Source: Candidatus Fermentithermobacillaceae bacterium (GTDB lineage: Bacteria; Bacillota; Sulfobacillia; Fermentithermobacillales; DUSS01). From it: a DNA stretch of 64,000 nucleotides. A program made the translations under genes and the position numbers. This document shows positions 20,313 through 30,545 of the stretch, one piece after another; position 1 is the first letter of the stretch, and each line of letters begins with the position of its first letter. A model generated the notes under the pieces. That model was not told the origin of the DNA, did not search any database, and was given only the letters and a program-made list of their open reading frames with translations. The stretch spans positions 43,109 to 107,108 of the forward strand of contig DYEQ01000029.1 in assembly GCA_020725645.1 (NCBI GenBank). The letters run 5' to 3'.

Positions 20313-21051
20313 CTCAAAAGAAAATGAAAAGATGAAGCCTGCTGGCGAGTCCGGAATGGTCACGGAACCGGAGAGCGGCCCGAACGATACCGTCGTTGAG
20401 GAACTCAAAGAGCAGGCCGGGACGGTGGAGGAAAAGGAAGGCTCCGCGCTCCCAGGAAACCTCCCGGAGGCCTCCGGGGGCGGGCTGCCCCACAGAAAGG
20501 GCCTGGAGGGGGAAGCTGGTGATAGCGCGGCGCCAGCTTTCCGAGCGGCGGAAGAGGTTGCTGGGGGAGCGGCTGTCTCCGTTCTTGAACAGCTCAAGCT
20601 TTCTCCCTCGGAGCAAAAAGAGGCAGACATGCTGATATCCAGCCTGCTTTCGGGGAGAGATGATCCCAGAGACTCCGGCAAGACTTCCGGGACCAAAGCT
20701 GAGGAGGAATCCGCCGGTCCGGTGATTCGGCCCGCGGTATTTGAGGAGTTCACACCGGAGCCGGGAGCACAAGCTACCATCGGAGGGTTGGATCTTTTGA
20801 TGGATGTGCCTCTCTCGGTTACGGTGGAGCTCGGAAAAGCCCGGTGTTACGTCAGAGACATTCTGAACCTGACCGTTGGATCCGTCATCGAACTCGAGAA
20901 ACTCGCGGGCGACCCGGTGGACGTCCTGGTTAACGGAAAGCTCATCGCAAAGGGAGAGGTAGTTGTCCTCGACGAGAATTTCGGCGTGAGGATTCAAGAG
21001 ATAGTTTCTGGAACGGCAAAGCCCAAAAAGAGCGCGGCCGGTAACCGGTAA
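20290..21051 (+). CDS. fliY: Flagellar motor switch protein FliN/FliY
   Basis: 253 aa; acidic N-terminus and C-terminal SpoA domain ([71 protein letters not shown]). Confidence 0.85.
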   Translation: MTMTKRGNSKENEKMKPAGESGMVTEPESGPNDTVVEELKEQAGTVEEKEGSALPGNLPEASGGGLPHRKGLEGEAGDSAAPAFRAAEEVAGGAAVSVLEQLKLSPSEQKEADMLISSLLSGRDDPRDSGKTSGTKAEEESAGPVIRPAVFEEFTPEPGAQATIGGLDLLMDVPLSVTVELGKARCYVRDILNLTVGSVIELEKLAGDPVDVLVNGKLIAKGEVVVLDENFGVRIQEIVSGTAKPKKSAAGNR

Positions 21052-21112
21052 GAAGCTCGATATTGGAGACGAGCTGAAAAAGGGGGGGACCCGCCGGAGA
21101 CGGCGGTTAAAG

Positions 21113-22306
21113 ATGAGCTCGTATTCTCTGACTTTGGAGCTTATTAAAATCGCGGTGTTTCTGGCGATTCTCTTTGCCGCAGCTTATCTGCTTCTGCGAC
21201 TATCGGGGCGCTCGAGACCCCGGAGGGGAGCCGGAAAGGAACTTACCATCCTGGAGACGCTCAGCCTGGGTGGACCGAGGTTTCTCTGCCTTGTCAAGTT
21301 CGGCCGAAGGCGCCTCTTGCTTGGGGTCACGGACCATTCTATCACCTGTTTATCCCGTTATCCGGATGAAACGGGCGGGCCGGACGAGAACTCCGTGGGA
21401 GATCGCGGTTCTGCCGGCCTGGATCAAGGGGCTTCCGCAGGCGGCTTGGAGGGAACGGGCGAGAGGGGTATTCCAGGGACGTCCTTTCTCGATACCCTCC
21501 GCAGGGAATTCGGATCCTCCTGGAGACGGCTCAGGCGAAAAGGACCCTTCTTCCTCGTTTTTGCGGCGATGTTCCTGGTGGCGGCTTTCCCCCGCTACGG
21601 CGCGTGCCAGCCTACCCCAACTGTTCCCCTTCCCATCCCCAACATTGACATAAGGATCGGGGGAGAAGGGGGGGACGGCGGGCTCCTCTCAGCTCTGGGT
21701 ATTCTCGCGGTTCTCACCGTGCTTTCCCTGGCGCCGGCTATCCTGATACTCACTACTTCGTTTACCAGGATAATCGTGGTGTTCTCTTTTCTCAGGGCGG
21801 GGCTCGGCACCCAGCAGACCCCGGCGAATCAGATACTCATCGGACTTGCCCTCCTCATGACCTTTCTGATCATGGCTCCCGTGTGGAATCAGGTGAACGC
21901 AGTGGCCGTTCAGCCTTACGTGCGGGGGGAGATCGCCGCGGCCGAAGCGTGGCAACGGGGCATAGTGCCCGTGCGGGATTTCATGTTGAGGCAGACGAGG
22001 CAGAAAGATCTCGCCCTGTTCCTGGACATGCAGGGGGGAAATCCCCCCGCCGGACCCGAGGACCTGTCCATATTCGTGGTGGCCCCCGCCTTTGTCATCT
22101 CCGAACTGAAAACCGCCTTCGAAATAGGGTTCATGCTGTTTTTGCCGTTCCTCGTAATAGACATGATAGTGGCGTCCACTCTGATGTCCATGGGAATGCT
22201 GATGCTTCCTCCGATTTTGATCTCACTGCCTTTCAAGATTCTTCTATTCGTGCTCGTTGATGGTTGGGGGCTTCTAGCTCAATCGCTCATGAAGAGCTTC
22301 AGATAG
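21113..22306 (+). CDS. fliP: Fused FliO-FliP flagellar export apparatus protein
   Basis: One 397-aa ORF. Residues 1-95 are FliO/FliZ-like (single transmembrane segment, LSLGGPRFLCLVKFGRRRLLLGVTDHSI). A Gly/Asp-rich linker follows, then a signal-peptide-like FFLVFAAMFLVAAF and a full FliP core (LTTSFTRIIVVFSFLRAGLGTQQTPANQILIGLALLMTFLIMAPV...). No in-frame stop separates the two parts. Confidence 0.8.
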   Translation: MSSYSLTLELIKIAVFLAILFAAAYLLLRLSGRSRPRRGAGKELTILETLSLGGPRFLCLVKFGRRRLLLGVTDHSITCLSRYPDETGGPDENSVGDRGSAGLDQGASAGGLEGTGERGIPGTSFLDTLRREFGSSWRRLRRKGPFFLVFAAMFLVAAFPRYGACQPTPTVPLPIPNIDIRIGGEGGDGGLLSALGILAVLTVLSLAPAILILTTSFTRIIVVFSFLRAGLGTQQTPANQILIGLALLMTFLIMAPVWNQVNAVAVQPYVRGEIAAAEAWQRGIVPVRDFMLRQTRQKDLALFLDMQGGNPPAGPEDLSIFVVAPAFVISELKTAFEIGFMLFLPFLVIDMIVASTLMSMGMLMLPPILISLPFKILLFVLVDGWGLLAQSLMKSFR

Positions 22307-22324
22307 AGTGGGAGGTAAGGCGTC

Positions 22325-22591
22325 ATGGTCCTGGAAGAAGTACTGAAACTCGGGCGGGAAGCTCTTTTCGTAACCCTGCTGGTTTCGGCTCCCGTACTTT
22401 CCATATCGGTGTTGGTGGGGCTCGTCATCTCCTTTTTGCAAGCCACAACGCAGATACACGAGCAAACCCTAACTTTCGTCCCGAAGATCGTAGCTGTCCT
22501 CATTGCCATCTTCGTCTTTGGAGGCTGGATGCTCCGGATGGTCGTGGAATTCGCGGCCAGAGTGTTCGCACGGATTCCGGGGATAGGATGA
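22325..22591 (+). CDS. fliQ: Flagellar export apparatus protein FliQ
   Basis: 88 aa with two transmembrane segments (EALFVTLLVSAPVLSISVLVGLVISFLQATTQIHEQTLTFVPKI). Confidence 0.9.
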   Translation: MVLEEVLKLGREALFVTLLVSAPVLSISVLVGLVISFLQATTQIHEQTLTFVPKIVAVLIAIFVFGGWMLRMVVEFAARVFARIPGIG

Positions 22592-22633
22592 AAGCTCAGA
22601 GGGAGGAGCACCGGAAGGGGAGACGTCTGGAAA

Positions 22634-23401
22634 ATGGAGTCGTACATGGCCCTGGTCATGCCCTTTCTGTGGATCGTCCTGCGGACGGGCGGCGTTCTGG
22701 TTACCGCACCCGTTCTCGGTACCAGGTATGTACCGTGGACCATAAAGGTAACGGTCAGCCTGGTGACGGCGTTCTTTTTGTGGAACGTGGTTCCCAGGGC
22801 AACGGTGCCGGAAGGCCTTCCCGGGCTTGCGGTCGCCGCTTTGGGTGAGGTGTTGTTCGGAATCGTAATCGGATTCATGGGTACCGTGATGCTCGCGGCG
22901 ATTGAGATGGCGGGGCACATCGCCGATGTGGAGATCGGATTCGGTATAGCTAACGTGATAGACCCTCATTACGGTCAGCCCGCGCCTCTTTTGGGGACGC
23001 TCCAATACCTTCTGGTCCTTCTCGTTTTTCTGGAAATCGATGGTCACCACTTGTTTTTGAGGGCACTCGGTCGGTCGTTCGATCTGGTTCCGGCGGGAGG
23101 GGCTTTTGTCCCCATCCAATGGGCCCACGCAGGTCTCGGGGGTGCCAGGGAGATGTTATGGGTCGCTCTGGGGTTGTCGGCACCCGTATGGGTCGCCATG
23201 CTGGTGACGGACGTAGCCCTGGGGGTCATATCCCACGGCATCCCCCAGATGAATGTGTTCGTGGTAGGAATACCCCTCAAGATCCTGGTAGGTCTGGGAA
23301 TCCTCAGCGCATCCGTAGCTTTTTACGGGGCATTCGGCCAGCGGATCGTCCTGGAGATGTCGAGACTCGTAGACCTGCTCCTGGGGGTGTTCGCCCGGTG
23401 A
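22634..23401 (+). CDS. fliR: Flagellar export apparatus protein FliR
   Basis: 255 aa polytopic membrane protein of the FliR family. Confidence 0.85.
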   Translation: MESYMALVMPFLWIVLRTGGVLVTAPVLGTRYVPWTIKVTVSLVTAFFLWNVVPRATVPEGLPGLAVAALGEVLFGIVIGFMGTVMLAAIEMAGHIADVEIGFGIANVIDPHYGQPAPLLGTLQYLLVLLVFLEIDGHHLFLRALGRSFDLVPAGGAFVPIQWAHAGLGGAREMLWVALGLSAPVWVAMLVTDVALGVISHGIPQMNVFVVGIPLKILVGLGILSASVAFYGAFGQRIVLEMSRLVDLLLGVFAR

Positions 23402-24495
23402 CGGCCGCCGACCTTTTGTATGTCGATCTTCAAATCTTCGCCGAGGAAAAGAGAGAGCCCCCGACGCAAAGGCGCCGGCAGCAGGCGAGGGAAAAAGGTC
23501 AGATTCCCTCAAGCCAGGACCTGACGAAATCTGCGGGTCTTCTGGCGGGAGTACTTGCCTTGATATCCGCGGGAATGCCGGTCTTAAAATACGTGGCGGC
23601 GAAGATGACTTCGTTCTTTTCCATGGATGTACCGGCCGAACCCGGCATACCGTGGGCCCTGTGGTGCTTGCGGGAGAGCTTCATAACAGCTTTCGTTGGA
23701 ACTGCCCCCGTGGCGCTGGCTGCGGTCGTGATAGGAACTCTGGTGGCGGCTTTGCAGGTCGGGCTCAACTTCCGTCTTTCCCTGGTCATGCCGGACTTCG
23801 AAAGAGTAAATCCGCTGGCCGGGGTGAGGAGGCTCTTTTCCAGGCGGGGACTGGAGGCGTCTTTGCGCTCGATAGTGAAAGTCGCGCTGGTGGCGTTCTG
23901 CGCCTGGAAAGCTCTATCGGGGCTCTGGGGACAGGTTGGAGCCCTCGTTATCCGGGACGTACGGGATTCGGTGCTCTTGGCGATAGACGGGATAAAAGAC
24001 GTCCTCTTAACCTGTTCGGCGCTGCTCGTCCTGGTGGGTGCGTTTGACTTCGCGTACCAGTGGTGGGAAAACGAGCGCAGCCTTATGATGAGCCCGAGGG
24101 AGCTCAGAGAGGAACTCAAGGAAACCGAAGGGAAACCGGAAGTGAAATCAGCTATCCGGGCCCGGCAACGCGCCATAGCCAGGCGACGCATGATGAAAAG
24201 GGTACCCGAGGCCGATGTGGTCGTGACCAACCCGACTCACTATGCGGTGGCCTTGAAGTACGATGAGAAAACCATGAGGGCGCCGGAGGTCGTGGCTAAG
24301 GGGCTTGATCATCTGGCCCAGCGCATACGGGACCTGGCCCGAAAGTCCGGCGTGGAAATCGTGGAGAATCCTCCCCTGGCTCAGGCGCTCTATCGAGCTG
24401 CTGACGTTGGAGAGGAGGTTCCACCTGAGCTATACCAGGCCGTCGCCGAGATCCTTGCCTACGTATACAGGAAGCGCGGCCGCAAGCTTGCATAG
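23398..24495 (+). CDS. flhB: Flagellar export apparatus protein FlhB
   Basis: GTG 23398 overlaps the fliR stop (GTGA). N-terminus TAADLLYVDLQIFAEEK...; the C-terminal cytoplasmic domain ends in the FlhB autocleavage region NPTHYAVAL. The ORF as listed opens at 23119, inside fliR. Confidence 0.9.
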   Translation: MTAADLLYVDLQIFAEEKREPPTQRRRQQAREKGQIPSSQDLTKSAGLLAGVLALISAGMPVLKYVAAKMTSFFSMDVPAEPGIPWALWCLRESFITAFVGTAPVALAAVVIGTLVAALQVGLNFRLSLVMPDFERVNPLAGVRRLFSRRGLEASLRSIVKVALVAFCAWKALSGLWGQVGALVIRDVRDSVLLAIDGIKDVLLTCSALLVLVGAFDFAYQWWENERSLMMSPRELREELKETEGKPEVKSAIRARQRAIARRRMMKRVPEADVVVTNPTHYAVALKYDEKTMRAPEVVAKGLDHLAQRIRDLARKSGVEIVENPPLAQALYRAADVGEEVPPELYQAVAEILAYVYRKRGRKLA

Positions 24496-24531
24496 CGCCG
24501 GAAGCGTTCGCAACACCAGGAGGGACTAGAT

Positions 24532-26574
24532 TTGAAGAGACTGGAAGGGGTTACATCCGTGCTGATAGTGTTCGTCGTGGCGATCATGGTAATCCCGTTG
24601 CCCTGGTATGTTCTGGACCTCCTCCTCGCCCTGAACTTCAGTCTTTCCATCGCTATCTTACTCCTCACCATGTATACCAGGGAGCCCTTGGATTTCTCGG
24701 TTTTCCCGTCCCTTCTTCTGGTTATGACCCTCTACAGGCTCGCCCTGAATGTGTCGTCGACCCGTTTGATACTGCTTCGGGCTCACGCGGGGCGCATCAT
24801 CGAAGCTTTCGGCCGGTTCGTCGTGGGAGGTAATGAGGTTGTAGGAATCGTGGTGTTCCTCATTCTCGTCATCATCCAGTTCGTGGTCATAACCAGGGGC
24901 GCGGAGCGGGTAGCCGAAGTCGCCGCCAGGTTCACCCTGGACGGGATGCCCGGAAAGCAAATGTCCATAGACGCGGACCTCAACGCGGGCGTTATTACGG
25001 AAGAGGAGGCCAGGCAAAGAAGGGATGAAGTTCAGAGGGAAGCTGACTTTTATGGTGCCATGGACGGCGCGGTCAAGTTCGTCAAAGGGGACGCGGTAGC
25101 TGGACTCATCATCACGGTGATAAACCTGGTAGGGGGCTTCGCCGTGGGTATGCTCCAGCACGGCCTGAGCGCCCAGGAAGCCTGGCATCGCTTCGCCCTT
25201 CTCACGGTGGGAGATGGTCTCGTGGCCCAGCTCCCGGCCCTGGTGATTTCCGCGGCCACCGGTATAATCGTGACCAGAAGCGCCTCTCAGGAGAACCTGG
25301 GTGTTGACGTGACCAGGCAAATTACATCGGAACCCCGGGTGCTGAAGATCACGGGATTTGCTCTCATTGGATTAGCTCTCGTCCCGGGCTTGCCCACCAT
25401 CCCCCTCCTGTGCCTGGGCGGTCTGTGGCTTCTTCTGTCATCTTCCGTCGAGCGAGCGAGGATGAGGAAGGAGGTAGCTTTGAGGGAGGCGGAGTCCCAG
25501 AGGAAGCTGGACGAAACGAAAAGTCCCGAAGCAGCTAGAGCGCTTATAAAGGTCGATCCTTTGGAGATAGAGTTCGGAATCGGACTTCTCGCCCTGGCCG
25601 ACCCCTCCCAGGGCGGCGACCTGATGGATAGGATCGTGATGGTGAGGAGACAGATCGCCTCGGAGCTCGGCATCCTGGTACCCATGGTCAGGGTAAGAGA
25701 CAACTTCGGCGAGCTCGGGCCCAATACCTACGTGATCAACTTAAGGGGTGCCGAAATCGCCAAAGGTGAGGTGTACGCGGACAGACTCATGGCCATGGCC
25801 TTTGGGACGACCGAAGGTGAGATATCCGGGATAAAAGGTCAGGACCCCACGTTTGGTTTGCCCGCCGTATGGATTCCCAGAGAGGCCCGGGAGGAAGCGG
25901 AACTTAAGGGTTATACGGTAATAGAACCTTCTGCCGTAATCGCCACACACTTCAGCGAAAGCATGAAGAAACATGCAGCCGACCTTCTGACCCGTCAGGA
26001 AACGCAACGTCTTCTCGATCTCGTAAAGTCCGAGGATGCGGTAGCTGTAGACGAACTCGTTCCCAATCTCCTCACCGTGGGAGAGGTGCAGCGAGTCCTT
26101 CAGAACCTTTTGAGGGAAGGAATACCCATAAAGGACCTGGTATCCATAGTTGAGAGTATGGGAGACGCGGCCAGGGTCTCGCGGGATGTGGAATACGTGA
26201 CGGCGAAGGTGAGGCAAGGACTGTCGAGGCTCATCACCCGCAAGTGGCTTTCCAACCGGGACCCGTATCCAGTAGCCACGATCGACCCAGACCTGGAGAA
26301 AGAAATCCTGGATGCGACGAAGAGGGTTGACGGCGGCTCGTATGTGGCCATGCCTACGGAAAGGCTGACGGCGATAATGAAGTCCATGGTGGAAGCTGGA
26401 AGGGAACTTCAGACGAGGGCTTCACGCCCCGTGTTCCTGAGTTCGTCGGCGGTGAGGAGTCAGGTTTACCAGATCGCGTCGAGGGTGGTTCCGGACGTGG
26501 TGTGCCTGGCTTATGAGGAACTCGACGAAACCGCGCGCATTGAGGGAGTGAAGGTGGTAAGAGTTGAAACGTGA
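24532..26574 (+). CDS. flhA: Flagellar export apparatus protein FlhA
   Basis: 680 aa with an N-terminal polytopic domain and C-terminal FlhA cytoplasmic domain; TTG start with CAGGAGGGAC Shine-Dalgarno. Confidence 0.95.
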   Translation: MKRLEGVTSVLIVFVVAIMVIPLPWYVLDLLLALNFSLSIAILLLTMYTREPLDFSVFPSLLLVMTLYRLALNVSSTRLILLRAHAGRIIEAFGRFVVGGNEVVGIVVFLILVIIQFVVITRGAERVAEVAARFTLDGMPGKQMSIDADLNAGVITEEEARQRRDEVQREADFYGAMDGAVKFVKGDAVAGLIITVINLVGGFAVGMLQHGLSAQEAWHRFALLTVGDGLVAQLPALVISAATGIIVTRSASQENLGVDVTRQITSEPRVLKITGFALIGLALVPGLPTIPLLCLGGLWLLLSSSVERARMRKEVALREAESQRKLDETKSPEAARALIKVDPLEIEFGIGLLALADPSQGGDLMDRIVMVRRQIASELGILVPMVRVRDNFGELGPNTYVINLRGAEIAKGEVYADRLMAMAFGTTEGEISGIKGQDPTFGLPAVWIPREAREEAELKGYTVIEPSAVIATHFSESMKKHAADLLTRQETQRLLDLVKSEDAVAVDELVPNLLTVGEVQRVLQNLLREGIPIKDLVSIVESMGDAARVSRDVEYVTAKVRQGLSRLITRKWLSNRDPYPVATIDPDLEKEILDATKRVDGGSYVAMPTERLTAIMKSMVEAGRELQTRASRPVFLSSSAVRSQVYQIASRVVPDVVCLAYEELDETARIEGVKVVRVET

Positions 26575-26971
26575 AGAAGAAGAGAAGCGGAGAGATTTCC
26601 GGTTTAGCCTCCTCGTGCCCGTAAGGCTCGTGCACCTGGAGAAGGGGTGGAAGGTGGAAGGGCACACCGATAACCTCTCGGCCGGAGGGTGCCTTATGGT
26701 TGTCGCCCGGGGTGACCCCGCTCCTTTCGAACCAGGTTCTTTATGTGAGGTGGACCTGGGGCTTCCCGATGGAAAAGTATTCCTGGTGAGCAAGGTGGCA
26801 AGGAAAGCTTCCGGTCAGGACGGAAAGGAGTACCTTGCCCTTCAGTTCGTTTCGGTAGCAAAAAAGGATCAGGATAGGATCGCCAGATTTGTATTGCAGG
26901 CTGAAGTTCAAACGAAGCGTGCGGGATGCGGGGAGGAGACGGAACCGGGTGGCGGAGGTTTCCAGAGGTGA
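26564..26971 (+). CDS. PilZ-domain (c-di-GMP-binding) protein in the flagellar operon
   Basis: 135 aa. Carries both PilZ signature motifs: RxxxR (RRDFR) and DxSxGG (DNLSAGG). Confidence 0.7.
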   Translation: MKREEEEKRRDFRFSLLVPVRLVHLEKGWKVEGHTDNLSAGGCLMVVARGDPAPFEPGSLCEVDLGLPDGKVFLVSKVARKASGQDGKEYLALQFVSVAKKDQDRIARFVLQAEVQTKRAGCGEETEPGGGGFQR

Positions 26972-27710
26972 CCAGGATCTCTGGCGTGCCTATAAGGTGA
27001 ACGGAGACAAGGGCGCCAGAGACGAACTGATCGTAAAATACGCTCCGCTGGTCAAGTATGTGGCCGGCAGGATGGCGATTCATCTTGCCCGGCGCGTCGA
27101 GGAGGACGACCTGATAGGCTATGGAGCTTGCGGTCTTATCGACGCGATTCAGCGGTTTGACCCTTGGAGAGGCGTCCGCTTCGAGACTTACGCCATCGCA
27201 CGGATAAGGGGCGCCATGATAGACGGGTTAAGAGCTATGGATTGGGTTCCCGCTTCTCTCAGGCAAAAATCAAAACAGGTCGAAAAGGCCATGAGGGATC
27301 TGGAAAACAGGCTCGGGAGAAGTGCCACCGACGAAGAAATCGCAGCCGAGCTGGGGTGGACGATGGACGAGTTCTATTCGAGAATGAACGCTCTCGCAGG
27401 AACTTCCATCTTATCCGTGGAAGACATCTGGACCAACGCCGAGGAGCAAACGGGGCTTGGCACGCCGGATATGAAAGACGAAAAGGCGGCGAATCCCCTG
27501 GACGAGGCGGAATGGATCTCGAAAAAGGAGGAGCTAGCTCAGGCCATACAAAACCTGCCGGAACGCGAGAGGATCGTCGTCACCCTGTATTACTACGAAG
27601 GCCTGACCGTGAAGGAGATCGCCCAGGTGCTTGGGGTTTCTCCCTCCAGGGTCTCGCAGATACATACCAGGGCGGTCATGCGCCTCAGGGCGCACCTCAC
27701 GTCCGGTTAG
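26949..27710 (+). CDS. sigD: Flagellar sigma factor sigma-28 (SigD/FliA)
   Basis: Sigma-70 regions 2 to 4 (DLIGYGACGLIDAIQRFD..., LPERERIVVTLYYYEGLTVKEIAQVLGVSPSRVSQIHTRAV). GTG 26949 sits 11 nt after GGGAGGAG; the ORF as listed opens at 26889. Confidence 0.9.
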   Translation: MAEVSRGDQDLWRAYKVNGDKGARDELIVKYAPLVKYVAGRMAIHLARRVEEDDLIGYGACGLIDAIQRFDPWRGVRFETYAIARIRGAMIDGLRAMDWVPASLRQKSKQVEKAMRDLENRLGRSATDEEIAAELGWTMDEFYSRMNALAGTSILSVEDIWTNAEEQTGLGTPDMKDEKAANPLDEAEWISKKEELAQAIQNLPERERIVVTLYYYEGLTVKEIAQVLGVSPSRVSQIHTRAVMRLRAHLTSG

Positions 27711-27728
27711 TGCCGGGAGGTTTTTCGC

Positions 27729-28802
27729 TTGAGGCAGCAGCGGAGAGTGGTGTTCGTGCCGGGTTTCGGCGGGGTTTCCCTGGGGAAACCTCCCGACACT
27801 TACAAAGTGGGTCCGGGTTTCAGGGATGCGTGGTCGGGTCTTCTAGCCAGAGGGTTCTGCAGCCCGGGCTCGGTCTTGGGTTTCCTGCGGGAAGTGGACG
27901 AACCCCGCACGCCCGCGCTGGAAAGCATCGGGGAGAATGTGGAGATATCCGAAGACAGGACGAAAGTACTGGCCCGGACAGCTGGTGTTCCTTATGTGGA
28001 GGACGGAATCCCGGGCGTCCTCAGGCGCGTGGTCATTGATGGGGATGTGGGCGTCGAGACCGGAGACATAAACTTCCCCGGCGATGTGGTAATCACCGGG
28101 AACGTCTCCCGGGGCTATCGCGTTTCAGCATGGGGGACGGTCGCCGTTGAGGGCACCTGCGCGGGGGCGGTTTCCTGCACCGAGGATCTGGTAGTCAAGG
28201 GAGGCATAAACTGCCCGGGGACTCCCGTGGAAGCTGGAAGGGACGTAATAGCTAAATTCATCGAGAATTCGGTTGTTTGGTCGCGGCGGAACATCGTGGT
28301 GAGCCACGCCATCCTCCACAGCCGGGTGGAGGCGGAAGGGCAGATAACGATCACCGAGCCGCGCGGGCGGTTGGTAGGAGGTCAGTCGAGGGCGGGCGTC
28401 GGGGTAATCGTCCCGGTCCTTGGCGCCCTCATGGGCGTCAAAACCGTTGTGGAACTGGGCGTGAGTCCCAGGGAGCGCCGGATCTACGATTCCGTGGAGC
28501 GGGACCTGAAAGCTGTGGAGAAGGAAATAGATGAAGTCAAAAGGATGATAAGCCCCAAAGCTAAGGGCGGATCTGTGGACGTCTTGAGGCTGAATCGTTA
28601 CCTGGCAAGACTCGATGAAAAGAGAAAGGGCTTGTTGCAAAGGATCGCGACGATGAAGGAAGAGTTCAAAGAGGGCAAAGGCTTCCTTTGGGCGGACCTG
28701 ATCCTGCCCGGGGTTGTCATAGTGATGGGGACCGAGCTGGTCGAGTTCAACGAGGAGAGCCGCTTCGTGAGGATGGGGGTGGCGCCTTCTGAAACCCATT
28801 GA
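27729..28802 (+). CDS. DUF342/FapA-like beta-helical protein at the B. subtilis swrB position
   Basis: 357 aa. Gly/Val-rich repetitive segments (GDVVITGNV..., GTVAVEGTCAGAVSCTEDLVVKGGINCPG...) typical of a bactofilin/FapA beta-helix, with a C-terminal coiled coil. Confidence 0.4.
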   Translation: MRQQRRVVFVPGFGGVSLGKPPDTYKVGPGFRDAWSGLLARGFCSPGSVLGFLREVDEPRTPALESIGENVEISEDRTKVLARTAGVPYVEDGIPGVLRRVVIDGDVGVETGDINFPGDVVITGNVSRGYRVSAWGTVAVEGTCAGAVSCTEDLVVKGGINCPGTPVEAGRDVIAKFIENSVVWSRRNIVVSHAILHSRVEAEGQITITEPRGRLVGGQSRAGVGVIVPVLGALMGVKTVVELGVSPRERRIYDSVERDLKAVEKEIDEVKRMISPKAKGGSVDVLRLNRYLARLDEKRKGLLQRIATMKEEFKEGKGFLWADLILPGVVIVMGTELVEFNEESRFVRMGVAPSETH

Positions 28803-28806
28803 CGCA

Positions 28807-29106
28807 GTGAGCCCGCTGCCGAGATCGGCGGATATCGCCCGTATGGTTGAGGCGCAAGGAAGAGCCCAGGAATCGCAGGCACAGGCGGTTTCGCAGGCGT
28901 TCTCCAGCGAAATGGCCCAGAAAATGGAGCACGTGCCCGATACCCCGAAGACGGTTGGATCCCGTATTGAGGGGGATAGTGCCGGGGCGGGGGAAAGTTG
29001 CGCCGGAGAGAGAAAGGGCAAGGGCCAGAAGAAAGGGGCAGAAAACCCGGAAGAGAAACCTGAGCACCCGTTTAAAGGGAAGATGCTGGACATCAGAGGT
29101 TCATAG
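28807..29106 (+). CDS. Hypothetical small hydrophilic protein
   Basis: 99 aa, GTG start, weak RBS, low-complexity Gln/Ala/Glu/Lys-rich; no recognisable motif. Codon usage looks gene-like. Overlaps the 5' extension of the rpsB frame. Confidence 0.3.
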   Translation: MSPLPRSADIARMVEAQGRAQESQAQAVSQAFSSEMAQKMEHVPDTPKTVGSRIEGDSAGAGESCAGERKGKGQKKGAENPEEKPEHPFKGKMLDIRGS

Positions 29107-29233
29107 GGATATACTACCTTGGGCTGAAAGGCCCGGGAATACTCACGTCGCCGGACGCTTCCGGAGGTGCCCCTTCGGGGAACCGGGGGCGGATGATGGC
29201 GGCGGCGGCAAAACCACAGGAGGTGTTGGGTTT

Positions 29234-29938
29234 TTGTCTATCGTTTCCATGAAACAGCTTTTGGAAGCTGGAGTGCACTTCGGACACCAGACCCGCCGCT
29301 GGAACCCCAAGATGAAGCCGTACATCTTCATCGAGAGAAACGGAATCTACATCATAGACCTCCAGAAGACTGTCGAAGCCATAGAAGAAGCGTACGATTT
29401 CATCAGAAATGTAGCTCTTAATGGGGGTCGGATCGTCTTCGTGGGGACAAAAAAGCAGGCCCAGGAAGCGGTGGAGGAAGAAGCCAAGAGATGCGGGGAA
29501 TTTTACGTAAACCAGCGCTGGCTGGGCGGGACCCTCACCAACTTCGTGACCATCAGAAAGAGAATCGAGCGGCTTCAGGAGCTCGAAGAATGGGAGGAAA
29601 CCGGTTATATCGAGCGGCTACCCAAGAAAGAAGTTACTAAGCTCAGGCGGGAGCGGGAAAAGCTCGAGAAGTATTTCGGCGGTATAAAAGGGATGACCGA
29701 ACTTCCCAGCGCTCTCTTCATCGTGGATCCCAGAAAAGAGAGAATTGCCGCGCTGGAGGGAAGGCGCTTGGGAATCCCTGTCATAGCGATCGTGGATACT
29801 AACTGCGACCCCGATGACGTGGACATCGTCATTCCGGGAAACGACGACGCCATACGGTCGGTGAAGCTCATCACATCGAAGATGGCCGATGCGGTTCTCG
29901 AAGGTAAACAGGGAGTTCAGGTAGTTGAGGAGGCGTAG
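29234..29938 (+). CDS. rpsB: 30S ribosomal protein S2
   Basis: [27 protein letters not shown]... The conserved N-terminus begins at TTG 29234, 9 nt after AGGAGGTG; ATG 29249 is the alternative start. The ORF as listed opens at 28847. Confidence 0.9.
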   Translation: MSIVSMKQLLEAGVHFGHQTRRWNPKMKPYIFIERNGIYIIDLQKTVEAIEEAYDFIRNVALNGGRIVFVGTKKQAQEAVEEEAKRCGEFYVNQRWLGGTLTNFVTIRKRIERLQELEEWEETGYIERLPKKEVTKLRREREKLEKYFGGIKGMTELPSALFIVDPRKERIAALEGRRLGIPVIAIVDTNCDPDDVDIVIPGNDDAIRSVKLITSKMADAVLEGKQGVQVVEEA

Positions 29939-29943
29939 CAAGC

Positions 29944-30540
29944 ATGGCCGCGATAACTCCAGCGATGATAAAGGAACTCCGGGCCCGGACGGGTTCGGGA
30001 ATGATGGATTGCAAAAGAGCCCTGGAAGAGACAGGAGGAGATATGGATAAGGCGGTGGACTACCTCCGCAAGAAGGGACTTGCGACCGCCGAAAAGAAGT
30101 CGGGACGCGCGGCGGAAGAAGGAGTAATCGAATCCTACATTCATCATAACCGCCGCGTGGGAGTCCTGGTGGAACTCAAGTGTGAGACGGACTTCGTGGC
30201 CAGGACCGACCAGTTCCTGGAGCTCGCGCGGGAAATCGCCATGCACATCGCGTGGGCCAATCCGCGGTACATTTCGAGGGACGAGGTCCCCGCGGATGTC
30301 CTCGAGCGGGAGCGGGCGATCGAGAGGGAGCGCGCTTTGCAAGAGGGGAAGCCTGCCAATATAGTGGATAAGATCGTCGAAGGAAGGCTCGGAAAGTTCT
30401 ACTCGAGCGTCTGTCTGCTGGACCAGCCCTTTATCAAGGATGATTCCAGGAAGGTTTCGGAGATCATCGCGGAGAAGATAGCGGTACTGGGTGAAAACAT
30501 CGTCGTAAAGAGGTTCTGCAGGTTCGAGCTGGGTGAATAG
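29944..30540 (+). CDS. tsf: Elongation factor Ts (short form)
   Basis: N-terminal UBA-like [26 protein letters not shown]; 198 aa. Confidence 0.95.
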   Translation: MAAITPAMIKELRARTGSGMMDCKRALEETGGDMDKAVDYLRKKGLATAEKKSGRAAEEGVIESYIHHNRRVGVLVELKCETDFVARTDQFLELAREIAMHIAWANPRYISRDEVPADVLERERAIERERALQEGKPANIVDKIVEGRLGKFYSSVCLLDQPFIKDDSRKVSEIIAEKIAVLGENIVVKRFCRFELGE

Positions 30541-30545
30541 AGGGC

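Noticed and set aside
28847-29233. 129-codon N-terminal extension of the rpsB frame
   Set aside because: The conserved S2 N-terminus ([10 protein letters not shown]) begins at TTG 29234 with a proper Shine-Dalgarno. The extension is Arg-rich nonsense and overlaps the upstream ORF.
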